DNA of 64,000 nt, from NCBI RefSeq assembly GCF_009914755.1, contig NC_060939.1. One strand, given 5' to 3'. Source of the DNA: the human T2T-CHM13v2.0 reference genome, Homo sapiens. The position numbers and the translations under genes are program-made. The stretch's first letter is position 1. Each line of letters starts with the position of its first letter. Below are positions 39,070-53,019 of this stretch, in pieces. The notes under the pieces were generated by a model. That model saw nothing but the letters and a program-made list of their open reading frames with translations. It was not told the origin of the DNA and did no database searches.

Positions 39070-39491
39070 AGGGTGCCCTGCCAGCCACTGTGAGTGTTGA
39101 CTGTCAGGGGCTCCTAGTGCCCCCCTCCACAGAATTTCCCTCAGTAGCTGGAGGGAAGTTTTGCAGCCCTTCCTGGAGTACACCATAGACAATGATAGAG
39201 TAATAACAGCACAAAATCCTGGCCTCTTTCCCTTAAGGGGTGCAAATCTGCAGTGGAATTTGTGCTTCTGAGATCCCAGAGGATTAGAGCAAGGCAAGAC
39301 TTTACCTGAGACTACATTCCCATTGTTTTGTTTTGTTTTTGCTTTCTTCATCCTGCTTCACTCCTTGCAGTTTTTATTTTCTTACAAACCTTGTAGTTTT
39401 TGTTTGTTTGTCTAAAAAGCACTCCCTCCATCAGCCACATGTGTCCAAATACCTTCCTCAGGCTCTGCATCCAAGGAGCCTAACCTAAGAT
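39070..39491 (+). mobile_element. ERVL LTR (LTR16-like)
   Basis: 3' end CTCAGGCTCTGCATCCAAGGAGCCTAACCTAAGA typical of LTR16/LTR33-class LTRs. Confidence 0.55.
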
Positions 39492-39842
39492 GGCTCATAT
39501 AGGGAAAACAAAGCACAGGGGAAAGAACGATCCCAGGGCCATCCTCTCTGCAGATTCTATTTAGAGCCAGGTAAGAATTCAAGAAGGTGCTAATGGACTT
39601 CAGGATAAAGAAACTGTCAGCACAGGGTAGACTTAATAAGGGGTGAGTTTTATGACTAGAAATAAAACAGAAAAAATTTTGACTGACAACAAACAACATG
39701 CAACTGGAATTTAAAAATATATATATTTGGTCATTCTTTCGCCTGAAGTAACCATTTTGGAAAGAGGAGGAGAAAGGGAGAGGGAAAGGGCAAAAGAGAA
39801 GAGGGTGGTAAAGGTGTGTATGTGTCTATGTCTGGAGGGTAG

Positions 39843-40232
<390 letters not shown>

Positions 40233-40829
40233 GGAAACAATTGTTATGAATATTTGCTTTGGCTCTGAATACAGAAGGAAATAAATTCTAACCAAATAAC
40301 TAGGAACATGGCCCTTAAGTCAATGTTACTGTGAGAACAGATGGCAAGACTGAGTAGGATACCAGCGACATGAACATGTCATCTTGTTATCAATGTAATT
40401 GAAGTCATTCTGTCATGAATGATAGTTCATCAGATATTCTGCCAGTGTGTCACAGCATTATATGTAATGAGAGGCCTCCTAAAACCCAAAGGGAAATGCA
40501 TTCATTTTTTATGACTTTACTTTTTGTTTCTTGAATTCTCTTGGTACTAGTGTAAAATGTGTGCAATTTTATTAAATATATAAGAAACCAGTAAACTTAG
40601 AACTTAAAATACCAATATGTATTTGCTCAAGACATTTTTATGTGCAAAATTTGATTCATATTATTGCCCTTTTTATCCTCACTGATATGTTATCCTATGT
40701 CCCATCAAATGTTTGTTCCTTGAGTAATCTAAAAAACAAAAATTTCATGGTACATAAATTTTATTGGTGGGGATGAAGCTGGTTAAAAAGTAAAGATGAA
40801 GTATTCCTTAATTTAAATGTGAAAGCTTT

Positions 40830-43800
40830 GCTATTTTCTGCTTCCAGCTATGATGGTGTGGCTTGAGGCAGACCATCACCCCCATTAAGAACAACTAGTA
40901 CAACTATATGAAATTCCAAAAATATTCTGTTTGAAGGAATCAGAGTACTTCCAAGAAAGCTAGTACTTGATGGGCCAACATTTTGGAGAAATGCAAAACT
41001 TACTATCATGAGGGCAATGTTACTGTACATTTCAATTTTTCTTCAAGAAATTTGTTGGCTTGTAAACTTCCAAGAGAAGATGCTAAGAAACCAGGTAGCT
41101 GGCCACTGCCAAAAGGCAAACAGCAGAGCTTGCAACACCCTAATGAAGCTGAAGACAAAAAGTAAAGTTTAGTCTTGCCAGGGCAGCAGAGACTTAAAGG
41201 TCTATGATCCCAAAAGAAAGGAAGTTGTAGGTAAGTGAATTTAATATTCCGTGTCAGTTTTCTTCATGAAGAATTTGCTGATTCTAAAGATACACAAGCC
41301 AAGATGCCAAAAAGCGAGAGAAAAAGTGGATGAAAAGCTCAACAGAACTTTCTCAATAATGGGAGGACAAATATTGACATCTAGGACCCACCAAGAAAAA
41401 AGAAGCCCTAAATGATAACCTCAGGCTCTCAATCAGAACATCTGAGAGCTATGCCCAAGAATTAGAGGTGAACCAGAGGTAGACTAAGTCTTCAAAAGTC
41501 TTAAATGCTCACTCAAAACTGCTCAATTTCTTATTGGAATAAGAAGGTGTGCTCTTCTAGTAGCTGCCTACCAGAAAATAAGATGGATTCTTACTAGAAA
41601 AAGACAATAGCATCCACAGTTTCTATAATTTTTGTGTACACAAGCCTGAAATTCAATAAATATTTTCCAGATATACCAAGAAATAGGACCAAGAATAAAC
41701 ACTGATGATAGAGGCATAGGTGATCTCGATATTGGAGTTATCAAATATAACTCCATAATAGTAAAGTCTATCAACTGTAGACTTTAACTAAAACTAATAT
41801 GCTTAATAAGATAGACAATGAATTGGATACATATTGTAAAGAATTAGAATCTATTTTAAAAATGAATGAAAATTCTGGACCTGAAAAAATAGACTTTTTT
41901 TGAACTTAAGAACTAAATAGATGGGTTTAACAGCAAATTGAACACAATTGAAAAAAGAATCAGTCATTACATTAGTAGAACATATTCACACAGAGGCATG
42001 AAGCATAAATGGAATGGAAAATGAAGGGAAGGAGGGAGAAATATAAAAACATACTAGACTTAGTAAAAAGGTATAACCTACTTGTCATTTAAGTTTCAAA
42101 AAAAGAAGAGAAAGCAAATGGGGAAGAAGCCATATCTGATCAAATCATTGCCAAGAATTTTCCCAAAGTGGGGTAAGACATTAAGCCACAAATCTAAGAA
42201 GTGCAGAGATTGCAAGGCTTTGGAGAATCATGCCTCAGGAGCAGAAATGCCAAGAGCAAACAAAGTCTTAACAAAATTCCAATCCATTCTCAACCCAACT
42301 TAGGGTCTGATTCAATTAAGAGAATTAAACCTTCACCATCTCTGACTAGAAGAGAAAAATAGTAAGCTTTCTGTAATGTGTATTTTCCAGAAAAGAGCTA
42401 GGGCTAAAAAATTAATGATCTAAGTATCCACCTAAAAAATTACAAATTAAAAAGTAAATTGTACCAAAATAAGTAAAAAGTAAAAAAATAAATAAATAAA
42501 AAGATAAAAAGTGAAATTTATAAGTGAAAACAATATCACAATGTCAAATGTTAGTTATTTGAGAAGATTAATATAATGAACTATTGGAAAGACTAAGAAC
42601 AAAAAAGAGAATGTATTATTTATTAATATCAGAAAAGAAAAGCTAGAAAACACTGCAGATCCTACAGACATAATCCAGATAAGAAAAGGATATTATATCC
42701 AACTTTATGCCAATTAAGAATTTAGATAAAATATAAAAATTAATAGTCAAACACAACCTCAAACTAACACAGATGAAGAAAAGAACTGAATAATTCTATA
42801 TATATATATATATATATATAATCTATTTTAAAATTATAATTTAAAAACTTCTCCCGCAGAATTCCAGGCTCAGATGGTTTCCCTAGTGAATTCTTTTAAA
42901 GCCCTGAGTTATAAATAACATCAATCTTACATAAATTCTTAAGAGAAAAGGGAGCATTTATCAATTTGTTTTATTAGGCCACAATAATTTTGATACCAAA
43001 ACATGATAAGCATTGTAAGATAAAAATAATCATAGGTGTATCCCTCTAAACACAGACACAAAATTCTAAATGAAATATTATCAAATTGAATCCATCCATA
43101 TTTTAGAAAAAGATGATCACAGCATGTTGACTTTTTTCCAGAATGCAGGATTATTTTAAGGAGTCAATCAATGATCAATGTAACTCTCCAAATTAACATA
43201 AGAGGAAAATATGAGCATCTCAAATTTGATAAAATTCTATTCCCTTTCATGATTAAAGCTTCCAATTAGGCATAAGAATTTGGATTAGAAGAGAGCTTGG
43301 GAAATCTAAAAAAGAGTATCCATAGAGTCTATAGCAAATTTCAAATTTAACAGTGAAATATTGAAAGCTATACCTCTTAAACTCTGAGATTACAACAAGG
43401 TTCCCTGCTATAAATATTTCTATTCAACATTATTCTGGAGATACTAGACAGTGCAATAAGGCAAGAATACAAGAGATAAAGATCTATAATATAAAAAATA
43501 AAGCTGTCATTATGTACATAGATAATAGATTATAGGTACATAGAAAATTCACAGTATCTACAAAAAATAAAACTATTAAGTCAATTTAGCAATGCTCTAG
43601 ACACATGGCCAATATGCAAAGATCATTTGTATTCCCATATATTAGGAAAATAATTTGAAAATTAAATTAAAGAACTAATATTATTTATAACAATAGCAAC
43701 AAAATACAAAACACTCAGAAATAAATGTAACAAAAGATGTGTGAGACTTCTAAAAACTATTAAAAAAATTGAGAGAAATTTAAATGTTCTAAAAATGATA

Positions 43801-45170
43801 CAGTAATATACCAAGATAACAGATGGAAGCTTCTATACTATAAAGCAGTTAATTCTTTTCAAATTGATTTATAGATTCAATGTCATCCCAACTGAAACCA
43901 TAAAAGGTTCTTTATAGAAACTAACAAGGTTTCTTTCACAAATGTATATGCTATTTCAAAATACTGAGAATTTTACAAACAATAAAGTTGGAGGATTTAA
44001 ACTATTACATATCATGATATTATAAATTTTTGGTAGTTAAGAAAATATTACATTTTTGCACACATGAATGAATAGACCAATGGAACAAAACAAAGAGACC
44101 AGAAGCAGACAAATGCATACATGGTGACTTGATTTATGATGAAGATGACACTTCAGCATGGTGGGAAGAAAGATGCTTTTTTTTTCATCAAATGATTTGG
44201 GATTGAATAGATATTCTTACAGAAAAATGAACTTAATCTCTGTCTCACACCAAATATAAATAAATTGAAGATTAAAAAGTGAGCAGTAAAATAATAAAGC
44301 TTCTAGAAGATAATATGGTAGAATTTTATCACAGCTTTGGGGTAGGCAAAGGTTTATTAAACAGAACACAAAAAGTACTAAATATAAAGAACACAATTGA
44401 AAACTGGATGGCAGCAATCAAATCAAAAAATGCAAAAGAAATCCAAGTGGCAGATAAATATAAAAGAGGATGCACAGCTCATTAGTCACATAAGTTTATT
44501 AAAACCACATTGAGATACCACTGTGCCTTCATCAAGATGGCTAGATTAAAAAAATTAACCATACCAAATGCTGGCAAGGTTGCAGAATTAGAACTCTTAT
44601 GCACTGAGGGGGAATTTGTGGAACTATCTTGGCAAACTGTTAAACACGACTAAAGCTGAATATATTCGTGCCCTGTGCCTCATGATTCCACTGAAAGCAT
44701 ATTTCCAACAGGTATGTACTAATGTGTACTAAGAAACCCATACAAGAAGGATAATAACAACACTATTTGCAGTTGAAATGAGACAAACCAACCCAAGAAC
44801 CCATCAACTGGAGATCATATAAATAAATTGTGGCCTAACTAATCCATGGAATACTATACAGCGGTGAGAATGAACCACCACTAAACATAACATCATGGGT
44901 ACATTTCACAAACATAATGTTGAGTGAAAGAAATCAGACACAGAGGACAAACAGTAGTATTCCACATACACAAAGTTCAAAGCAGACAAAACGAACGGAT
45001 AACCACAGAAGTGAGGCTGTGACTGGAGGTAGGCATGAGAGGGACTCTGCTGGTTTTTAATTGGTGTGGTAGTTACAAAAGTGTGTTAACTCTGAAAATT
45101 ATCCAACTTTAGTGATCTGTCCACTTTGCTGTCTATATTTTTATAATTCATTAAAGAGTTACTTTAAAAA
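40830..45170 (+). mobile_element. Ancient L1M (L1ME/MD-like): degraded 5'/ORF1, ORF2 and 3' UTR
   Basis: A-rich sense strand; ORF2 hallmarks CCAGGCTCAGATGGTTTCCCTAGTGAATTCT, TTCTATTCAACATTATTCTGGAG, AATAGACCAATGGAAC; 3' UTR AACATAATGTTGAGTGAAAGAAATCAGACAC; (TA)n at ~42797-42820. Confidence 0.85.
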
Positions 45171-46969
45171 TTGAGGGCTTTTAAAAATGGAAACAAGTTT
45201 TAGACTTACATCACTGTTTTTGGAGCAATTTCTCACAGATGGGGAAACTGTCATGTTCTAGCTATCCAGGATTTTTTCTTTCCCTGTGAAATGTGAAAAT
45301 TTTAAACAAGAACAAAAAAATTCAGTTTTGCCTAAGGCAAATAAATGAAAATCCTTGGGGTAGAGTTGCTGAAAGTAAAGTGTATATTTTCTCCATGTGA
45401 ATCACAATGAAAAGACAGAATGTATATCTTCTTAAAATTGGCTAAAATTCTAATTTCACTAACTTTATGACGTGACAATGCCGTGACATCACTACTTATG
45501 CCAGTGCAATATCAGACAGGTTTAGAGAAAAAAAAAAAAGACTAGTCTTTTTTAACTTATTTATTCCATCCTATTCCTAAATAAACACATACACACACAC
45601 ATCTTACATAGAGCCTCTTTTCCTTGCCTATAAGATACAAATTCTTAATTATTTACATTTTTACATTTTTTAAATGGACATGCATGTATATTTGGAGCTG
45701 TAAAGTTTTTGTGAGTTATATAACCCCAACTCAGCAAATATTGATCAGCCTCTTTAAAAGATATAGCATTAATGAATTCTAATAAACTGACGATAAGCTA
45801 ATTTAATACCTCCATCTCAGTCCACATATGTATAGATAGAAGCAAACATATGCATATTACAGACATGCTTCAGTAAAACTGGGCAGTTTATCTTGAATAA
45901 TTCATTGTTTGTGGAACTGGTAATTGGAATTAAATTTAAGCTCCATCTTTGCAGCACTGAACAGTATTTGAAAATAGAAAACTGAACACATCAATCTGTT
46001 GTTTCCTCTCCAGAATGTCATCAGGCATATCCACTGGCAAGCTGCATAAGCAATAGTGTCACAGCATAGGACAACCAAAACACTGACAGGTACTTCCAGG
46101 CACAGCACTGATGAGGTCAAATACCCCTAAACCTGCCTTGTTTGCTGATCTTTTAATCAGATTCAACTTGACTGTGGCCATAGCACAAGGCTTTCTGACA
46201 GTATGTGACAGCATATGACAGCAAAATATTTTGATTTTTCACCATTTGATGATATTTCAGATCTCTTGCAGCCCTTTGTAAACTAGCACAGTGTTTTATG
46301 GAAAATGGTACAGGCAGTTAATTGCCTTGGATGCTTGCATGGTCTCTTTTGGATTTCAACTGAATCCTAAGTTAGTGACTGCATCCTACATTTCAAGAGT
46401 AATAGGCCTTGTAGACCATCAGTGACCCTTAGTACCTTGCTTAAGAATAGAGGGGAAAAACAACACAACAACAACCGTGAACTCACAAGCCTAGCACCTA
46501 AAGTTGACTGAGGCTCCGGGGAAATGTGAATGTCCTTTCACCTTTTAAGCTTCTTCCCAACAATTGCAAAAGGGACTTCTTGGATACAAAAAAAAAAAAC
46601 AAAAGCAAAAACAAACAAACAAAAAAACAACAAAAAATCCTATGATCAAACATATCAACCTTTTTTTTAGACTCTTTTTATAAATTCTTTTCTTTCTAAC
46701 CTCTGCATCAATGCTTGGGGGAATTCAGCTAACAATGACTCAGGGAGAAAAAGACAGAAAAAATCCACTGGAAAACTATTTTTAATAAGTTCATTATAAA
46801 CCCTTAGGCATTTCAAGCCACGCTTTTCCTATCAGATATTTACAAGATTTGAAACCTAAAGAAAACAAAATTAAAATTGCATTAAACTTTCATTATCATT
46901 GAAATTATTTTCTAATTTAAATTCATATCTTTTTGATGTTGATATTTTTAATTGTTCTAAAATAAACCA

Positions 46970-47445
46970 GATACAGCCTCTGTGGCTTCCCATTGAGCTT
47001 GAAATAATGTCCAAAAGTCCACCTTCAATGTCCTATTGTTCTTCTCTTCCTGCTCACTCTGGTCAAGCTACACTGGCTTCTTTTGCCTTGAGCACACCAA
47101 GCTCTTTACTGCTGAAGGACTCTGCACTTGTCCTTCCCTCTATCTTGAAAGCCTACTCCTAGCCCTTATCTGGGCAGAACTTGCCTCTCTGCATGCACTC
47201 TGCCCTTCCTAACCACCCTGATTGATGTTCCTCAACCCCATCCCAACCCCTGTCAGGCACTCTCACAATGCCATTTCATTTTCTAATGCGATTCTTCCTT
47301 ATATATACCTGCTTTTCCTAGTAGGATATCATAAACACCTTGGCACTGAGGACCTTTCTGCCTTCTTTACCTCATATCCCTGGCACCTAGAACACTGTAT
47401 AGGCATAGTCAATATTCACCAAATAAAGACCCAAGAATTTATTTA
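46970..47445 (+). mobile_element. L2 3' fragment
   Basis: TGGCTTCCCATTGAGCTTGAAATAATGTCCAAA; CACTGGCTTCTTT; CCTGGCACCTAGAACAC. Confidence 0.7.
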
Positions 47446-48145
47446 ATAATATTTTAAGACAAAATGGAGTAAATGCAATCTGTATTGATCCAGACTAAAA
47501 TGATCATCAGCTATAGTTGCAATTTTGAGGTAAACAGCTTTAGTGGTGGTTTTAGGTGACCATAACCATGGAGATTGTGGCTGAATTCATAGTGCTTTTT
47601 TTTTCCAGTTAGATGTCTGATGCATCAGAAGACAGTTATAAGATCTCACTTCATTCAGATACCAATATAAGGCCACTTTCAAGTGTAGAATAGACAATAG
47701 TGATAACTTAGAACTTTGGGCAATGAACTTACCTCACTAAGAATTCAGGACGGTTGGAAGAAGGCAGAATATAATTTTCCAGTACAGAAATGGACTACTT
47801 AAGTTGATCACCATGACTCCTGTGAAGACGCTTGAATGGACCTGGGTGTCATGGCCTCCGTTGTGTTTTTCACATTTCATGTGGTCTCCTAATTAGCCTC
47901 TGTCCTGCCTCCCTGGATGCAAGAAGCTTTTTCAAAAGTACTTTCTCTAAAGCTCCACACAAAATAGAATTACTGAAATAGAAGCAGTAGAATGGAAAAT
48001 GGCCTCTGTGACCTGATATTTGGAATGCTCAGGACACCAGGCTGAAGAAGACGACAATGGTAAATAAGTGCAAATCACCAAGAGTAGGGGTGTGATAGGT
48101 GAGGACTGATTCAAGAGCTACTGTTTCAGAGACAGAAAAGAAAAT

Positions 48146-48481
48146 TTCCCTCCCTTCCTCTTTCTTCCTTCCCTCCCTCCTTTCTTTTCCTTTCCCTTTC
48201 CTTCCTTTCTTCATTCCTTCCTTCCTTCCTTCCTTCCTTCCTGCCTTCCTGCCTTTCTGCCTTCCTGCCTTTCTACCTTCCTTCTCCTTTGCCTTCTTCC
48301 TCTTCTTCCTTTCTTAAATGCTGACTTGCTGGGGAAGTATACATAAATAATTTGCATCTCACCCTGCTTGCTCTCCTCTGCACTATGACAAGAGTAGTGC
48401 TAGTCAGATAAACAAAAACAAAACAGAGAAACCAAAACACACACACACACACATACACACACACACACACACAGACACACA
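48146..48481. repeat. (CCTT)n polypyrimidine tract (48146-48315) and (CA)n (48436-48481)
   Basis: Directly visible simple repeats. Confidence 0.95.
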
Positions 48482-48524
48482 TGAGATAACTTAGGGTTAA
48501 TTTAGCATGAAATGCTTCTTACCA

Positions 48525-48944
48525 TGTGTTAGTCCAATCAGACTTTGCTATCCAGAAATACCTGAGACTGGGTAATTTATAAAGAAAAGAGGTTTAATTG
48601 GCTCTTGGTCCTGCAGGCTGTACAGGAAGCATAGTGGCTTCTGCTTTGAGGGAGGCCTCAAGAAGCTTCTAATCACGGCTAGAAGCAAAGGGGAAGTGAG
48701 GTGTTTCACATGGTGGGAACAGGAGCCAGAGAGAGGAGGCGGGAGGTGTTGCACACTTTTAAACAACCAGATCTTGTGAGAACTCACTCAATATCACAAG
48801 AATAGCACCAAGTGAAGGGTGCTAAGCACTGATGAGAAATCCACCTGCCATGATCCAATCACCTCCTGTTAGGCCCCACCTCCAACATTGGGAACTACAA
48901 TTCAACATGAGATTCAGGCGGGGACACATATCCAAACTGTATCA
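48525..48944 (-). mobile_element. MST (MSTA/B-like MaLR) solo LTR
   Basis: TGTGTTAGTCC...ATACCTGAGACTGGGTAATTTATAAAGAAAAGAGGTTTAATTGGCTC ... CCAAACTGTATCA; TSD TACCA/CACCA (1 mismatch). Confidence 0.9.
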
Positions 48945-49109
48945 CACCACTCAAGTGTCATGAGTTATGAACATTAAAAAAATTGTACAAAACAGTTAAG
49001 TTGTTTCCTAAAGCCTCACCTATAGAAGGTTTAAAGGTCTTTTTTCTTTCTATCAATGGTGAAATACGTTTCTGGAACTGGCGCCATTGTTGAGAAGCCA
49101 TGGAGCCAT

Positions 49110-49690
49110 CTTGCCTAAATCAGATCATGGTTCTGCTAATTCTTGGTTGTATGACCTTGGCTAGTAACCAAAACTCTCAGTGCTTTGATTTCTTATTTCG
49201 TGAAGTGGGAATCATAGCGTTCAACTAATGTAGCAGATGTGATTGAAGCATTTAATGCAACCATAAGTAAAGCTCTTAGAACAGAGCTGGCATGTTGGAA
49301 ATTCTCAATAAATATTACCTATTGTTATTCTTCTTCAGATAAGTCAAAATCATAAGCGGTGCTTGATCTCATTCTCAATCCACACCATCATGGGTAATTA
49401 CAAGGTTAACATGATTGGTGTAGATTTATAACATAATTAATTGCCCACAATGTAGTAGAAAGGGCATCATTTTACAGTCAGACTGACGCAATTCAAATCT
49501 CTGCTTAAGTATTTAATATTTAATGTAGTTTTATGAACTTGTGAAAGTTGTTTTTTCACGTCTCAATTTTATCTATAAAGCAGAGATAAAGTTGTTTACT
49601 TTGTGCTGTGCACATTTGAAATAATGTGTGTACAGTACCCAGCCCAGTTTCTGGCATCTAGGAAAACACAATATTGAAGTTAGTTATTAT
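49110..49690. mobile_element. Two MIR elements (~49110-49330, ~49450-49690)
   Basis: TGTATGACCTTGG...CTCAGTGCTTTGATTTCTTATT...AAAGCTCTTAGAACAG...CTCAATAAATATTA; TCTCAATTTTATCTATAAA. Confidence 0.7.
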
Positions 49691-49969
49691 TCTCTAGATG
49701 GCAATTATCTGAACAGAATTGTACTTCCTCTTTAAGTGTCTACTTAAGCAAAATGAGGTAAATAATTTACACTTTAGAAAGATAGTGCCCTGGTAGTTCT
49801 ATAAATGATTCTTCATGACAATGTAAATCTTATCATAATCTATTGATTGTGTAAATTTTTCTGAAGGTATTACTTCTTACATATCATGTATTTCCTGAGC
49901 ACCAGTGTGTGCTGGTACTCCAGTTAATTTGTATTGGCATAGATAAGCATAATATCTCATTCTGCCCTT

Positions 49970-50640
49970 CGTCAGTATTTAATGAGCATCATGCATGTAT
50001 GTGTATGTGCGTTGCAGACAATAAATATATAGAAACATGAGAGCTTACAATCTTTTTGTAGAAATAAGGCATAAGCAGCTAACAAGTTAAATAAAAACTG
50101 TTGTGAACTATATTAGTTCAAAATAACAGCAAAGGAGCACCCCCAAGTTCAGGGCAGGAGAAGTAAAGAGCAGAGATGGGAAGGAATGAGAATTCAAATG
50201 GAGGGCATCCTCTGAGTGAGCTGGAGAGAACTTAGTTGGAGGACAGTGAGCTGAGCTCTAGGCACAGGCCCTGGTTGGGGGACGATTGTGTAGGGAAAAC
50301 ACAGTAGATGGAGGAAATGGTGTCAACCAAGGCAAGAGCTGAGTAAACCCTAAGTGTGGTCCCAGAGCAATAGATATCCTGAGTTAGTGGATGACCAGGA
50401 AGGTAAATGGAACGTGGAGCCATTTGGGAAAAGGCTGTGAATCTTGGATTAAGAAGTTTGACTTTCTGCTCAACAGGTAGTAAAGTCACTCAAAATTTTG
50501 GACGGAGAGTCAAATGGATTAAATAGGGCATGGATTAGATAAGTCTGGCTTCAGCAAAAAGATTAGACTTGAAGCAGGAGCAGTTAGAATTCAGAAGGCA
50601 TTTAAGATGTCATTTTAGTAGTCTAGAGATATCATTAGAC
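49970..50640 (-). mobile_element. L2 fragment
   Basis: GGAGCCATTTGGGAAAAGGCTGTGAATCTTGGATTAAGAAGTTTGACTTT resembles the antisense L2 body. Confidence 0.55.
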
Positions 50641-53019
50641 AAGGAAAGTTGAAAAAAAAAAGTCAAGGTTAAAACCATCTTAGAGAACAATAACCAATAG
50701 CCAGTAATTAGGAATTTGTTAGATAACAGAGGACTTGGAGGAAAAAAAAATGCAAGGAATAAACAGGACTGGTGACAGGGAAACATGGAGAAAAACACTA
50801 ACCTTACCATGGGAACAGGACCGTGGAAATGCTGGCTGTCTTTGAAGGAAAGACCATCGTTTACTGGAGCACTCGCTTCTTTCTCCACATGTCGTGTTTG
50901 CACATCCAGTCATTCCAGCTCTTAAAGAAGTAGAATTTTACCTTCCTTATGATGAACCCTCAACAATTGTTACTTGTACAATGTAGGCTCTTAATTTGTT
51001 TTTTTTTGATGGATTGGAAGAAGGAAGAAAGAGGAGAGGAAAAAGTTGTGTCAAGAAAGATGGGCTGATTTAACGTGAAAGTCACAAAAAACAGGCTTAA
51101 GAATTGAGATTTCAGATGTTAATTAGAAGGGAAGTGGTGATGTTAAGGAATCTTACATCAATGGTAGAGGTATGAGTGAGTCTGTAAGGTAATCAGAGAA
51201 AAGAACAAGCTACAGCAGATATTGATGACTCATTCTGGTAGTGAAAACAATAGAAAAATAGACTAGCAATTAGAAAAGCTCATAGACGAAAATTGCAGTT
51301 TTCTTTTTATTTCTAGTAAAAAGGAAATATGGATGTAATTAATAGCAGAAAGCTGGAGAGAGGAGGATACTTAAGAAATTATAAAGGGACAATTTCATAC
51401 CACAGATCGTTTTAGAAAAGAAGAGAACCACCAATTTCTCTAAGACAGAAAATAATTCAAAGATCTTTCTCTCTGATAGATTCAGAAAGAAAGAGAGCTG
51501 TTTGGTGGTTAAAAAAAGAAGAGATGTATTCATATAAAGTCTAATACATTCAGTGAAGAATTATGTGGTGATTGTGGTTCATAGGTACTTATTAAAGTGT
51601 TATGGATTAGCATAAGTAGAAGTTATTAATTGATTGAGGTACATTACTTGGAAACAGTGCCAACTCATGTCTTTGAAGCTCAGGCTGAAACACGCAGCCC
51701 GGGTTCTGAAGAGCTGTCCTGTGCATTACCAATTGGCTATTGCCCAATAAAACATTGTAAAACCAATAGCTGTCATAACCCTCCATCATAATTTCAATCA
51801 AAAATCATGGTAGCTTTTGGGAGTGAAAACAATGTAAGCTGGATTAGTAGTAGTAGTGATCAGTCAGACACATTTAACATGGTTTTGGTTAACTGGTAGT
51901 GTTAATAAACAAGTCTGTAGTCCTTAGTCACTTGGCAAAATACAGTTTGACAAAGATATTCATCTTCTATTGATTCTGAATATAAGTTTCATGCAAATAT
52001 AGTGACCTGGGTAGTAAGAAGTCATCATATGCGGGGAAGCTGGGCAGAGAGGGAAGTTGGTTGTTTCTCTCTGACCAAGCACAAGGAGGTGGCTATGGAA
52101 GTGAGGATCGGGAAGGTACAATAAGGCCAGAGTTAAACTTCAACTCAATCAAGACAAAGAACAGTGGGAAGGTGCCATTTGTCCACATGGGCAAAAAGAC
52201 CATTATCTTGGAATCAGGATCTCAGATGGGAAGCTGACATAAAGCTTAGGGCTCTATGCAAAAAGCTTGTGGGCTAGAAATCAGACTCCTAAAGCACTGA
52301 CTCATAATTGCAGGCAGCAAGAGCACTGCAAGGCACCTCTATAGCAGACCTAAGACTTGAGCAACGATAATGCCAACAAAAATAGTACCTTAGATGAGCA
52401 CAGTGCTTCATGCTTATAAACGCCTGTCATATACACTATATCATTCCATACTCTTATAACAAAGCCAGAGAGTTAGATGACTCATATCCACAAAGTGAAT
52501 TTGGCAGATAAAATCAGGACCTGGGGCTTCCATTTTATTCATTCATTAATCCACTTACTCAATCAATTTAATTTTGCTCAACCTTATACCTAAGGGCTTG
52601 GTAACCCTGGGGCACCTGTATCCGAGTGCTGGCTGAGTTCCCAGGTAAGAAGCAAATAGGTACACTTGGGAAGTGGGAGCAGGGGACATTAGGTGTCAAG
52701 GACTAAGGCAATTCCTGGTATGCTTGTGTTTCCACCTCATTTATGTAGGCTTATATCTTTTTAAACTTATGAGCAGTTTTTAAGATTTGGTAAATCCTAC
52801 AGCTGGATAATAAACTCGAGCATATAAATTTATGATTTGGATACTTTTAGCTTTATGAATGTATTAGTGTAGGTTAGAAATTCATGTGGAAAAAAAAAAA
52901 CTACCAGATGAATTCTCCTCTACCCCTTTCTATAAAACCATGTAAAATGGAAAGAACTGTCCACTAATTTCCTGTAAGTTACATAAAATTGTCTGTTGTT
53001 GTTATAATTCTGTAGGCAT

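Noticed and set aside
40830-45170. Potentially active L1
   Set aside because: Highly diverged, internally deleted and with no long ORF; an ancient L1M fossil.
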